The notes under the pieces were generated by a model that was not told the DNA's origin, made no database searches, and saw only the letters and a program-made list of their open reading frames with translations. Both the position numbers and the translations under genes were made by a program. Shown in pieces: positions 52,186 through 64,000 of a stretch of DNA of 64,000 nucleotides (positions are counted from its first letter, which is position 1; every line of letters begins with the position of its first letter). Origin of the DNA: Marsupella aquatica (taxonomy: Eukaryota > Plantae > Marchantiophyta); NCBI GenBank assembly GCA_973895155.1, contig OZ316892.1, positions 9,962,283 to 10,026,282 on the forward strand, read 5' to 3'.

Positions 52186-53306
52186 TTAGCTGTAAATATC
52201 TTTCCGTGGACAAGTTTGTTTGTTGAAACATGTACTGTAAATGCAAATCACGTACAAAAGTGCAACTGAGTGCTGTATTGAGTTCCACCATGTGCGAGGC
52301 ACCATAGTCGCAAAAGTGAGTTGTTGGTGGATCCGTTGTTCGAGTGAGCAGTTGTTGTGAGTCAATTACCTCGTCTTCCCTAATCTGCTGTTTCCAAGGA
52401 ATAACTCATATCTAAAAATCGCCCAAGAAAATACCTCATGCATAAAAACTTCAAATCAGAACTCAAAATAGATGGTCACAATGTGGATGCGTTGCTGCTC
52501 CTTGAGAGACGTAGCTATGGAAGACCCATTGTCTTGTCAACTGGTTTGGTATTCACAGCATCAATTTTTGTTCGTTCTTGTGATATGCTTCTTACTGTCA
52601 ACCACTTAGAATATAGTTTTGCTTTCAAGGACCACGAATAAGTACACATCGATCTTAGCAGAGACTCTCCACGAGAGACGAAGGTACAAGATTGCCAAGA
52701 TCTGGACCTCCTCCAAGGACCAGGTTGCATAAAGCACGGAGCAAGGAGCACTTGCACAGAAGAGTTATCATATCAGGAAAGATTGGTCTTTGTGCTGGAG
52801 CAACCTGCATTGCTGCGGGTATTGCAAGACCCCAACACTTGGTCATTCCATAAATAATAGTACAGAAATATCCGAGATAATAATGTGATTTCTGCATCCC
52901 AAATGATTGGATCCAAAATGTTCCTACGGACCATAGAGGAAGGGCCATTGCAGTCGACGTGCAAGTCATCTTTCATAGGGCTCTCTCTTACTATTTACAA
53001 ATAGCGTTGCTTCCGGTGTATATTTGGCTGGCCTCTTCCTTCCCAACAGTACTGCTCATATGTGACAATCATGTTAAATAAACTACTTTACATGCTCGAC
53101 TATGGATTGCCTTCAGCAATAACAATGTTGTGAACCGTCTCTCGCTAATGTTGTGGAATGCTTTAAACCTTCTCCATTCACCGCCGTCTATTCAAAAGGG
53201 GCTTCTGGGGGTTAAACATGACAATCGAGTTGAAAGTTTGCCCACAGTTGGCATGACTTAGGCCCTACCATTCGGCCCTTCCCCTGGCCAATGAATAGTG
53301 TCATCC

Positions 53307-56300
53307 CTATTGCTCACAGATCTGGGTAGTCGGCGGCACTGGGTCACTCTTGAAATCATCACTGCAAGGATTGGGAAAACTTGCAAGTACCTGCAGAAAT
53401 GTGAGTGAACTTCGTGGGAGCTGAAATTTGACAACTTTCAATTCAAATGAAAGAAATGCACCATGAGTACGAGAAGCATGAACTGGAATGCCTGCAAATA
53501 CCTGATAGATATGTAGTGAAGCAAAGGCGTCTGTGGCAGCATATTGTAGCTGTGGTTCGGATAATGGAAGGGCCTCCCAATTACCACATCTAATACTTTT
53601 GATTTTATCGACCTGCAAAGATCGCGTGTCTGTGGATATTAATTAAGCAGGTTATCGTCACTATAAGCCAAATCTAGGAATAACTGTGGAACCTCCAAGA
53701 CACGGGGAAGTGGAATTACGGCTTTCAGACGCAATTTAAAACAACACTATATCCCTTCGTAACAATTCCAGAAAATTGTGACGAAACCGTAAATTTCAAA
53801 AGGCAGGATAAATATGAGCCGGTGTGAGACGAAAAGAATTGGCACTGCAGCACTTGCCTGTTTCCCAGTAAGCTCTAGAGCTAGCGAGGAGAGACTCCAC
53901 TGCTTCCCATTTTTCATTTTCTTGTTAGCCATAGTGCTCAGATCAGTAATCTTACGTGTTGAAATTTGATAATCTTGACGAAGCTTGATCACATCCCTAT
54001 CAATCCCTAAACCCACCTGCAATCAAATCTGACGATTAAGGCCAAGAATACTGTACTTAATCATTATTTGTGCCACGAAAACCTAGCCGATAAATCATAA
54101 ACCAAATCGTACGCTTCACTTTTTAGCAGATGTCAACCCCGAATGCGCTGACTGCAACATTGACTATGCCCTCGCTTATTGCAAGTTGGCAATCAACCTC
54201 AGTAAGGACTCCTCAAAAAGAAGAAGCAGACCTCACAGCTTCACCTGAACTGCCTAGGATTTTCGTAATATATAGCTGCTGTCGTGGCAGAGCCTTCGAA
54301 GAGAATGAATCCAAACTGAGAACAGACTCCGTTCAACATGGCCGCTCGCCAATTTGACAAAAAAGCTACGTACCTTGAGAGTAGAGGGCGCCTCAAGAAG
54401 ATCTTGCAGTGAAGCAGGGATGCCAGAATAAATTATTTGCATTACATCACAGCGACGACCATCTAAGCACAGCTGCAACACCGCAACCTTCCTCGGTATC
54501 TCCCCTAAACATGGCAAAGAGTATTAGTTTCAGCTAACGATTCAAAATGCTCAAGCAGTGTGTCACCAAACCCACTCCACCGCGGGAAAAATCGGTTCTA
54601 GCAAAGGAACAGTCCTTCGTGTTCATGGAAAGGGACCGACACTACCAACCCGAATGATTACTTTAAAGAGATGACCACGAGAAACTGAAGGAAACAGAAA
54701 GTGAAAGTGTTTGCAGGCCAGCTCAAAGAGGAAAATGGTGGAAACTCCTCTGAAGCTACAAACCCCACAAAATGAGAACCGAGGTCTGAAAAAGCTCTAA
54801 TGGTGAACAAGAGAGGTTCCTGGAAGGAGATAATACATTAGACATTGGGGAAAAGGAAATGGCTAATCTGGTCCAGACCTTTCTCAAATGTAGCTTTCCA
54901 TTCTAGATCAAAACCTATGGGAACAGCAGCACGTGTTGTCTCTTGCAGCTCACGCACTCTTCGCCACAACTCATCCGTCGCCGCGTTCACTTCGGATTGA
55001 GTCTTGCTGTAGACAATCTGGCCTCGAAATTGCATTGACGGAAATTTAGGCTTTATCTCATCTGCGGCAATCCAAAAAATGGACAGAATAACAAAACAAG
55101 TCCAGTTTAGGCATTTGCCAAGTTCTGTAAAAGGAATCCACCCAGACCTGAATTTCTGGAGTATCTCGAAATGCCAGTTTTTCATCTCATGGAAGTGATC
55201 GGCAGTGCCAATGTAATTGGATGGACCACAACGAAAATTGGCACAATACCTACAGAACTAGAAGGTTGCAAGCCCCACGGAAGTCCGATTTGTGGCTGCT
55301 CCAACTGAACCCAGGCAGGGCGGCCATTCCCCAGCTGTCCAGCATTCGGCCTCCTCATCTGCTCCTCCTCCACAGTCTCCGAATTAATCACCGCTTCGAG
55401 ACCGGAAACATCCCTGCTTTGCCCCACAGCCGTAGATTTTTCCATAGCCGCTAGTAAATATCGCCCAGCCGGCTCCACCCAAGCAGGAAGCCTCCTGGTG
55501 GACTGTATTTCCGACGACCTTCTGTTTCCGTCAATAGTTGGCGGACCCATCTCAGACAACTGAGAAAATGGCTCTTCCCTGCTTGTTCTAGGACCCACAA
55601 CCAAGTCTAGAGGACAAACCTTCTGTTTCTGAGATTCCAGAGGGTGAGAAACGCTCTCTGCTCTTCCCTCTACCGAAGCACTGTCATTTGGGTGGAATTC
55701 CGGACACTCACTCTCACATTGGATCCGTGTTGTGCCTCTGCCTCCTCCATCCAGTAAATTCTTCGTCGTGGGGAATTGGCAGGGAAGTAGTCCCCTTCCC
55801 ATTTTCCATGGACCGAGTTCTTGTCCATTACTAGAGTAGACTTGCCGAGATGCAGAGGGTGAGTGTCTTCCATTACTAGACTTAAGGCTAATGCCAGAGC
55901 GGCACTGGAAGTCTCTGTGCTTCAAGCTCTCTGGTGAATGGCCTGGGTCAAATGCGTCGTAGTAAAATCGCTGATCAGCAGGAGAAAGAGAGAGAAAATG
56001 AGGAGGAGGAGAGGATGGGAGGACCGTCGGTACCATCGACGACAGACTACTTCTTGCTCTTGCCGTGGCAGAAGAGCTGATGATGGGTGACCAATTCTCC
56101 CGCCGTCGAGGTTGTTTCGGGATTGCATCAAAGGCGCTCTGAATCGCATTCCACTCGTCGTCATCCACCAATTCCCGTGGCCCGCCCCAAAATGGCTGTT
56201 TCTGCTCCTGCTCCTGCTGTTGTTGTTGTTCAAGCTTTCTCCTCGATGAGGAATTCTGATTAATGGCGGTCCACTCGTGGTCCGAATGTTGGGGATTGCA

Positions 56301-56333
56301 GTGGTCCAGTTTTCTCTTCGGGGAGATATTCAT
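53307..56333 (-). CDS. WEX: Werner-syndrome-like 3'-5' exonuclease (DEDDy) with long disordered N-terminus; 6 exons
   Basis: ExoI GFDLEW, ExoII GLGIDRD, ExoIII YAATDA; KVAVLQLC; WSLSSL; IRCGNWE. Exons 56333-55250, 55061-54879, 54504-54374, 54016-53858 (GC donor), 53612-53502, 53390-53307. Confidence 0.92.
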
Positions 56334-59300
56334 AGCTCAAATGCTGATGACACTGCTGATGATGATTCCCTCCTTTTGTATATCGGAATTGGAAAAAGGT
56401 GAGCGAAGACTTCGGTCCCACAGTGTTCGAAGCGTTCAGAATAAGGGCCGGCCCTTGGCTCGAAAGGTTTCAAGGACTATCGCGTAAGGACGGTCCTTGC
56501 CCACGGAGCACAGCTGCCACTACCGTAGTACTAATTAGGTTCGCTCGAGAAATAATTAATTTACAAAACTTTTGGCGCTCACTGCAATAAAGAGACGTTC
56601 CAAAATGGGGGCCATTAAAAATATGCATTATGGCCTCTCAAATCTCTCGGTTATGCCTCTGGTGGGTCAGCAATAAATTCCAGGAAATAAATGACGGACA
56701 CAAAAATGTGGTGGGTCAGCAAATAATTCCAGGAAAAAATGGCGGACACCAAAATGTGTGTATTCACACTCCTGACTAGTGACCTAAACTGGCAATTTTG
56801 GGCATCATTGTTTTTCACACACTTAGAGGTTTGAGACACCCTAAAAAGTGGCATTCCAAAATGGCTGCCCCTAGAAATATGAATATCACAATGGACCCAG
56901 GGGTGTGGTGTGAAGCCGGGATGGATTTTTTCAAAGTTGAGATGGGCTGACACCAAATATCTAAAAATACTGGGATTGCATGGTTTATAGTTTCTGATTA
57001 AAATGTGACCTATGAATGGCCTTCTGGCGTTTGCAGCTAGTTTCAATTAGTTTACCAGGTAATAAGTTAGTTTACCCAGAAATTAGTAGTTGCTCATGCC
57101 CAAACTATTCAGGGTGAACTTCACAAAAATGAAGTATTTTTCTCAAAAGTGGTAATTTGTTTGTTCATGCCCACACTGGGAGAGGCAACACTCACAGAAA
57201 GTGAACCACCCATTAGCAATTAGCCTTTGTACTATGTAATCCTGCTTGTTCTAGTCAAATCTGGAGCAAATGATCTCACAGTTTGTGACATAATTGAATA
57301 GACATCATACAGGATGCTGGCAAATTTTGAGCTTCTATAAAGCCAAGTTGTCGGAGTAGGTGCATAAGCCTGCCAAAAACAACCAGTTTAAACTTGGTCA
57401 GGGCCATTGGAATAATTACTTGGGGTGTTATTTTCAAAAGTGAATTGGCCTTCCAAAAGTAGTCAGTCGCTTTTTTATTTCACAATAAACTGGCTGATGA
57501 CTACACAGTCGAAGGGGATGGGCAAGACAAACTCCATCTGAGATGTATATTAGTTATAAAGTAAAGTTCCAAAATGGTGCCCCTTTAAAATATTTTTTTG
57601 AAGTTTAAGACCAATAAGTGCATGCCTTCCATTGGCTCATGTGGAGGGATTTTGAGGAGATTGTGGGCACCTATGATTTGCATAGGTAGTAATGAATTTG
57701 AACAGTTGACCTTCATAAGTCTGGTGGGATCATCAAAACACCACAAATGAAGCCTAGCCTGGAGGGACCTCAGTGTTGTCTGTGAAGCTGGGATGGACTA
57801 ACAAAGCTTGGATGGACTTTCTCAGAACTTCAAATTCATCTTGGGAAACACCCATTACAATTTTGATTCAAGAGTGACCTGCAGATGGTGCCCTGCCCAT
57901 TTACAGCCTGTTTCAGTTATTTTAGCAGGTGTTCTGTAGCAACAGCAGCAAGTAGTCAAATGGGTCTCCTTAGTGGTGTACTACTGGATAGCTTGAACCT
58001 AAAAGATGTTAAGACATTATGTCATTACTTGGCACCAACAGTGCAACCAGGTTGCCAAACAAAAATTGCAAATCATTTTGCCAGACAGTATATATTTGCA
58101 TAATCAATAACAACACAAAGGTCAAACTAATCACTTTTTGACTTCATCGTGTGTAGTTACCAGATCTAGGCCTGGGCCCTGCTACTGCCTTTTCCCTTGA
58201 TAGCCATTGTCGCAAGCTTTGCAACACACCCACTAGGTCCTTGAGATAACCTATGGATCTCAAAGTTGCCCTTGGCCAGGGAGGTTAGCCCCACTGTACA
58301 TTGTGCCACTACGCCAGGACCATCCTCCTCGGCACCACCACAAGTTGGAAGCCAACAAACCACTTTGATATGCAATTAGCTGGGACAATATTTTCACTCT
58401 AGCTGAGCACTGGCCTAACTTGCTGCCTTCTTCAGCATCTGATGGAGCACTTTCATATTTATTGCAAGTGGAGAGAAGTTCTGGAAACTGGCACTGCTGG
58501 AGATGCTCTTGCCGGCAACCTGTGACATTTTGAATCAAAGCAAACTGGAGTGCCACTTCTTGTTCTAAAGATAAGACTCGAGACCCTTTTTCTAAAATGA
58601 AGCTCAATAAATGAGTATCCCTTGAAACCAAAAATGACATGGTTGCAAGAGATTAGCATTTTTGGACTTTGAACCTCTACAGATTGGTCTAAAATTCTAC
58701 AATAGACAAAATAAACATTCCACATGAGCATCTACTTGGGCCCACTGCCTGCCATGTAGGATCAGTGTACAAGTCTACCATGTCTAAGTGCAGGCTCCCC
58801 AAAGACACCCCCAAGCCTGCAGTTATTCACGTTATGCACTATGTCATAAGTGCATGGGATATCATTAATGCACTTCTCCATATGTGCATGTTGCACTTTC
58901 CAATAAGTACATGTGAAAAATCTTACCCACGTCGCCTAGGTGTTATCAGGTCACACACATCTGACTCATCATAACTGCCAACCCTCATACTGCACAATTC
59001 AATTGGATAAGTGCATGAAACTATTGTATGTAGTTATCAATTGCACTTATCAATAAACTTACATGCATTGCAGTAACTGATAAATGTATTTGCAGTCTTA
59101 TACACAAAAATGCACTTATGTATTTGTCTTTCAGTGACATCTACCTGCATTTACAGATGGTGCATCTTTTGGTGCGTGTACAAAGGAAAGCGCAATAATA
59201 TTAGGGGACTACGGGATCAGCCCACATTTACCCACAGAATGCACTTATACAGAGAGTAGAGAGTCATTACAGAATTAAAGTAAAATTGGGCCCAGAAGTT

Positions 59301-59477
59301 TTATAAAGCCACCCTCGACTTATCGAGACAGTAGTAGAGAAGTTCCAATTTCTGCCACGACCCAAAGGAAGAATCCATGACTTCGCTAGAATCTGTGCAG
59401 CCCACACCTTCCCCACTGCATTTGAAGCTACAAATCGATAGATTGTCTGCGTCTAATCGTTTGGGAGCATACAATCC

Positions 59478-60551
59478 ATGATGCTGCCGATGGTAGCCAC
59501 AGTGTCCAGCATTTGCTCTGCGCCAGTGGCTGCTGCCATTCCTCAATGCCCTTCTCCCAGCTATGGCAGAAAGCTCAGGAACTCCCGTGGAGGTGGAGCA
59601 CGTTGTGGATGCCATCAGGTTCGTTTCTCGCTCCATGAGAGGGAGGCCAGCTCCGAGCCGAGGGGTCCCCCTTCTTCGGAGGCAGAGAGTGAGACGTCAT
59701 CGACCCCGATACCGGTAGGAGTGGTTGGGGAACAGAACAAGGCCACTCTTGCAAAGAGCCAGGACGAGAGCATCCTGCCTCCCAGAGTTGCAAGTGATGG
59801 TGGTTCTGTGGGTGGTGGCCGTTTAGGAGATCTGTCGTTGCTGCAAACCAGGAGGTTCTGGCTGGGTACCTCCGTGGGTTTTCTGGCTGCTCTGGGGGGC
59901 AATTTGGGGGGATTGACGAGCTCCATTTTCAACCTGAACCCCCAGGTTTCCAGACGTGTGAGAGCTGATGTCCTTTTTCCAGTGAAAGGGTTCAAGAGGT
60001 GCCTGGAGACAAGTCAGGGGTTTGAGTTCATTTACCCAATGGCTTGGGTTGGAGACCAGAGGCTGTTGTACCGTGCTGTGGAAAGGGCTGAGAGAGAGAG
60101 ATCTCTTGATCTGCCTCCGATTCAGAGACGAGAGACCACCAGACGAGCTTCGTCTGGAGACCCAGTTGTGGCGTTTGGTCCACCAGGGACTGATGGGGAG
60201 TTGAATGTGAGTGTGGTTGTGGCTCCTGTGTATGCTGGTTTCACCTTGCAGAAGATTGGAGGGCCACAGGTAGCAGGGGAGCTTATTTTAAAGCAATTCA
60301 TTGCGCCAGAAGGGTCGAAGAAAGTGGCCACCCTTTTGAATGCTCAACAAAGAACAGTCGAGGGTCAACTTTACTACGATTTGGAGTACGCTGTGAAAGG
60401 TCCAACTTTCTTCCGGCATAACCTGTCTGTTTATACAACCAGTTCGGGGCTGCTGTATTCTCTGAATGCACAAGCACCGGAGAGTGACTGGGGAAATGTG
60501 CAGAGTGACTTTGTTGCCATCGCAAATTCTTTCAAGCTGCTGCTACGTTAA
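59478..60551 (+). CDS. PPD7: PsbP-domain protein 7-like, thylakoid lumen; intronless
   Basis: Transit peptide; TRR plus hydrophobic stretch (Tat-type signal); ALGGNLGG; FPVKGFKRC; FEFIYP..WVGDQRLLYRA; PVVAFGPPG..ELNVSV; FFRHNLSVY. Confidence 0.9.
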   Translation: MMLPMVATVSSICSAPVAAAIPQCPSPSYGRKLRNSRGGGARCGCHQVRFSLHEREASSEPRGPPSSEAESETSSTPIPVGVVGEQNKATLAKSQDESILPPRVASDGGSVGGGRLGDLSLLQTRRFWLGTSVGFLAALGGNLGGLTSSIFNLNPQVSRRVRADVLFPVKGFKRCLETSQGFEFIYPMAWVGDQRLLYRAVERAERERSLDLPPIQRRETTRRASSGDPVVAFGPPGTDGELNVSVVVAPVYAGFTLQKIGGPQVAGELILKQFIAPEGSKKVATLLNAQQRTVEGQLYYDLEYAVKGPTFFRHNLSVYTTSSGLLYSLNAQAPESDWGNVQSDFVAIANSFKLLLR

Positions 60552-62132
60552 CTTGGAATTAGTCAATGGTGGTCAACAAAGGCAAAAGAAAGCAGGAGCA
60601 GGGCCCGAGAACTGGGCGTCACAGTTCGTAAGCTGAAAATCGCGAGTACGATATTGCTCACCTCTACTTCTGATGTGGAATGACTGGAAAACGCTTTGGC
60701 TCTCGTTCTTTCACCTGAAATTAGTCCATGCAGGTGGGAGAGCAGGTGGGAAGGGCGCAGAATTCAGAGTTATAGACAATTCATTCACTTTGATTTGGAA
60801 TGACTCCAAACCTTTTGGCCCCAATCTATATGTCGGTACAGCTTAACATATTCAGGCTACATCAATGATGTGCGGGAGTCCGCATACAAGCATTCATCCG
60901 CTCAGAAAAGGCTCCTCCTGTAACGATTCCCTCACAATTCTTTCCGTCGTAGGAATTTAGGCAACTTCCATTGGTTACAATTAGAGCAAGCCCCCAATAC
61001 GAAAGCCAGCTTGTAGCTACACATTGCCTGTCGATAAAGACAATTTGAAAACTGTTTTCAAATTGGAAAGCACCATGAAGAAAACTTTCCATAGTGACAG
61101 CGAGATATGTGAGAATTTGGAGTGACTGTTCATAAGCAGAAACTTTCCAAGTTGTTTTCAGAATGAAAATCACCAAGAAGGAACTCTTACGGTAGTTGCA
61201 ATGAGCAGGGGAGGATATGCTCATTTGGCCTGGGTCTGTAGTTCGGTGCATCCAGCCTTTTACAAAGTAAAGCAGTAGAACACTGCTAGATGGAGGAGAA
61301 TGAGGGTGGGCTGTGAAATCACACGACATCGCGGTGAACGTGTGGGTTGTCTAACCTAGACTGCCAAAGGAGCCATGTGTCAAATTAGGGGGACCTGGGG
61401 AGCTTTGGGGAGGTCGAAAAAGGGAATTACATAGAACCAGAGACTAGATCGATGGTAATCTTTACTAAAGGATGGAATTGTCGGACCCGCACTCTACAGA
61501 TGGGTGCAATTTACAAATGGGTGACAGAAACACAAGCTTCGATTAGTCCCCTTGGGTTTCCGTGTTGCTCTTGAGAATTCCAGTTCGAGACGATCCAGGT
61601 ACCGATTTACTCATGGGGACTTGAAGTAAAGAATCATCCATGATATGATAAGAGCAGAGATTTCATATTTGTTCTGTGATATCGAAGTAGTCAATCTAGA
61701 GTGGCAAGTTACTCGAGAGCCGGTAGACCAATCGCAAGACTGATCTGTAGATGAAATCAAATCCATGTGGTTTGCTCTTCTATTATCTAATCCTACTCTA
61801 GACATCGAAATTCGTCGGCTCGAACAAGCTGACAGGTTATATCTACAATATAGCCCGTCTAAAATGTCTACAAGCTTGAATCGATTAGAGGGAAGTATGT
61901 ACCTTAAGAGTTGGCTTGCCAGAATTTGGCGTGTGATTGTAACTTTTATGGTAACCTTGTTTACTCTAACTGTTCTATGGGGAAACTACAGCACAGGTCA
62001 CGCTACTGACATGCGTTGTGAACTTCTTGGCTTAATAAGGGGGCTCCAAGGCTGAGCCCCGTTCTAACAGAGGATTTAGAATAGGCACTCCATAAATGGG
62101 GACTTTATGGGTTGCGTGAAATTTTCAGAAGG

Positions 62133-64000
62133 TTATGTTATGCGAACAAATACTGAACTTTTCCTCTTCTTGGCATAGTATACAAAGCAGGCACTGATTA
62201 ACACTATAATGGCAAGGACCAGAAATACAATGCCAGCAATGAGTCCAGCCGAGACCTTCCTTCTTGGATTTTGGCCAATATATTCCTGTTCATAAAGAAG
62301 TGAAAGTGTTAGTGGTGCTCGTCAAAACTGGGCGACGACAGATGATCACATTGATATGCATATATCTATCTATCTATCTTTTCCCATCGTGCACTCCAAT
62401 AGAGCATTCAATGATTCAGCTGCTAACACAAGCGTCAAAGATGAGGAAACGAATTTCCTATTGTACAAGAAGAAAGGAATCAATGTTCAACCTGTCCAGG
62501 TGCGGGGTGCAAGCCTGGTCTGTCCAAAGGCTCCAAGTCCACGAATGTTGCATTCTCAATTCTCCCTTTCAGCTACAACAGAAGAAGAGGTTTAGAAAAA
62601 CAACCAGCAAGATTTGCAATCACCGCTATCTCAACGGATCCAGAGATACTTTATGCGATCCATCCATAATCTCGGGGCATAAACGGACGATTTCAGTGCT
62701 TCTGAAAAAGGAATTTAGTCAAACATAATAACTACCTCCCAAGAATGGTCTGTTAAAGATACGACGTCATAGACAGCAGGTTGAGCAGCTACACTTCGCG
62801 ACCCAGTTTCCGGATCAAACTCCACCAATCCGGTGCAGCCATCAAAGCTGATCTTCTCGGTACCACTATAGTTGAAGGCCAAATACACATTTTCTCTTGA
62901 AAACTCCATCCCTGCAGCTTCTAGACTATCCAGTACTTCATAGAAGGCGGTAACAGTATCGAACAAATATGGTACGTAGGATCTGGACTTGTTTGCCCCC
63001 AGAGCTGGAAGACCTGGGTATTTGTCTCCCATTTGTTGCCAGTAGGTGTAAAACTGGTTGCACTTAGAATTCGGTGATAAGTCACCACCTGAAAGGACGC
63101 ACAATAACAAATAGGTTGATTCAAAATTGAAAGGGATCATAGAATTAACATCTGGCAACTGTACAGGAAGTCGAGCAAGAGCAGCGAAAACAATCTGAGG
63201 CGCGAAATGACTAAAGGGGCCAGGGTCAATTTTACCATAAGGGGCCAAGCCGATCTCCCCTTGAAGAGCATTTAGCAGATTTGGTTCTGCAAGGGACAGG
63301 GATGGGACTTGGTTAACATGTTTCTAGATGCTTATGACGAAGCCTGACAGAAATGTAACAGAGCCTGGCCCATCTGCATTGTCGATATCCTTCCACTTCA
63401 CCTGATCTTGAGAGAATGGATTGCATGAGACATACTGAGTGAGGGCATACTGATGAGTTTAGAAAGAGAGAACTACAAGACAGTCGCTTCAGAACTTACC
63501 CACGTCGAGTGGGTCGAATACAGTTGCTCCATCGGTACCAAAATACCACCAGGGAAAATTTGTCTTGCCCTGCAGAAGATTCAAAAGTATTTAACAACGA
63601 TAAAATCCGCTCACCGTGGCAACGCATGGCATCATTCTCTACGAAACTCTCAGACCATGCATCCGAAATGCTCTAAAAATGAAGTGCATTCGTAAAATCT
63701 CAGGCTTAGAGTGTGTTAAGCGGGGTCACCATTTCATACGCAGCACTAAAAATCTCTTCGGCTGCAGTTGGTTGCACGACAAGAATAACGAAATCAGTCG
63801 GCTGTAGAGAGTTCAAAATAGTTCTGAGCTGGTCTCTGTCAACGGTCGAATTATTTGGGCCTTCTTCGAGGAGAATCATCCTTAGTCCCCTGCCAGTCTG
63901 CCAAAACTACCTTCGTAAGATAAAGTCGCACTGGGTGACGATTGATTGAACAGTGCATAAATTGCTTGCCCTTGTCTGACATGATAGCCCGTCGATAGTT
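62133..64000 (-). CDS. Single-pass membrane protein with LIVBP/ANF-receptor-like (Venus flytrap) ectodomain; 5' part outside window
   Basis: Phase-consistent exons 63897-63730, 63569-63500, 63286-63236, 63088-62736, 62572-62492, 62285-62133. Motifs IFSAAYEMG, WYFGTDG, YLFDTV, SFDGCTGLVEFD...G.R. TM AGLIAGIVFLVLAIIVLISACFVYYA followed by KKRKSSVFVRIT*. Confidence 0.8.

Noticed and set aside
56600-59200. Possible decayed DNA transposon between WEX and PPD7 (includes a 2x ~48-bp repeat near 56670-56750)
   Set aside because: Coding-like fragments are too degraded to assign, and no TIR/TSD pair was found.
60862-62055. ORFs as a cytoplasmic domain for the VFT receptor
   Set aside because: No kinase, cyclase or channel motifs, and the TM exon ends in its own in-frame stop.

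Overview
Eukaryotic, intron-containing nuclear DNA from a land plant. A non-seed plant (bryophyte, possibly a liverwort) is inferred from protein style and a CRE-type retrotransposon, but this is not proven. Host genes: a GDSL esterase/lipase (running off the left edge), a mitochondrial-type ALDH2, an HSA32/ComA pseudogene, an STP hexose transporter, a PAP/fibrillin, a WRN-like DEDDy exonuclease, an intronless PsbP-domain protein (PPD7-like), and, at the right edge, a spliced gene for a Venus-flytrap (LIVBP/ANF-receptor-like) ectodomain with one TM helix and a 12-aa tail. A ~15-kb nested transposon island (15.1-30.1 kb) holds a foldback/MULE element, a 5-kb Mutator-like TIR element and a decayed Bianca-lineage copia. 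The Mutator-like element has no transposase but carries one large MITE-split ORF plus GC-rich repeats; the copia has 110-bp LTRs, a nested solo LTR, and sits inside a MITE. Also present: a Helitron with a minisatellite, CRE-type non-LTR fragments, and several templated-rearrangement scars. The two best leads are the NPR-C-like single-pass VFT receptor and the transposase-less MULE with a candidate accessory (possibly anti-silencing) protein. All exon boundaries and family calls were made by eye; no searches were run.
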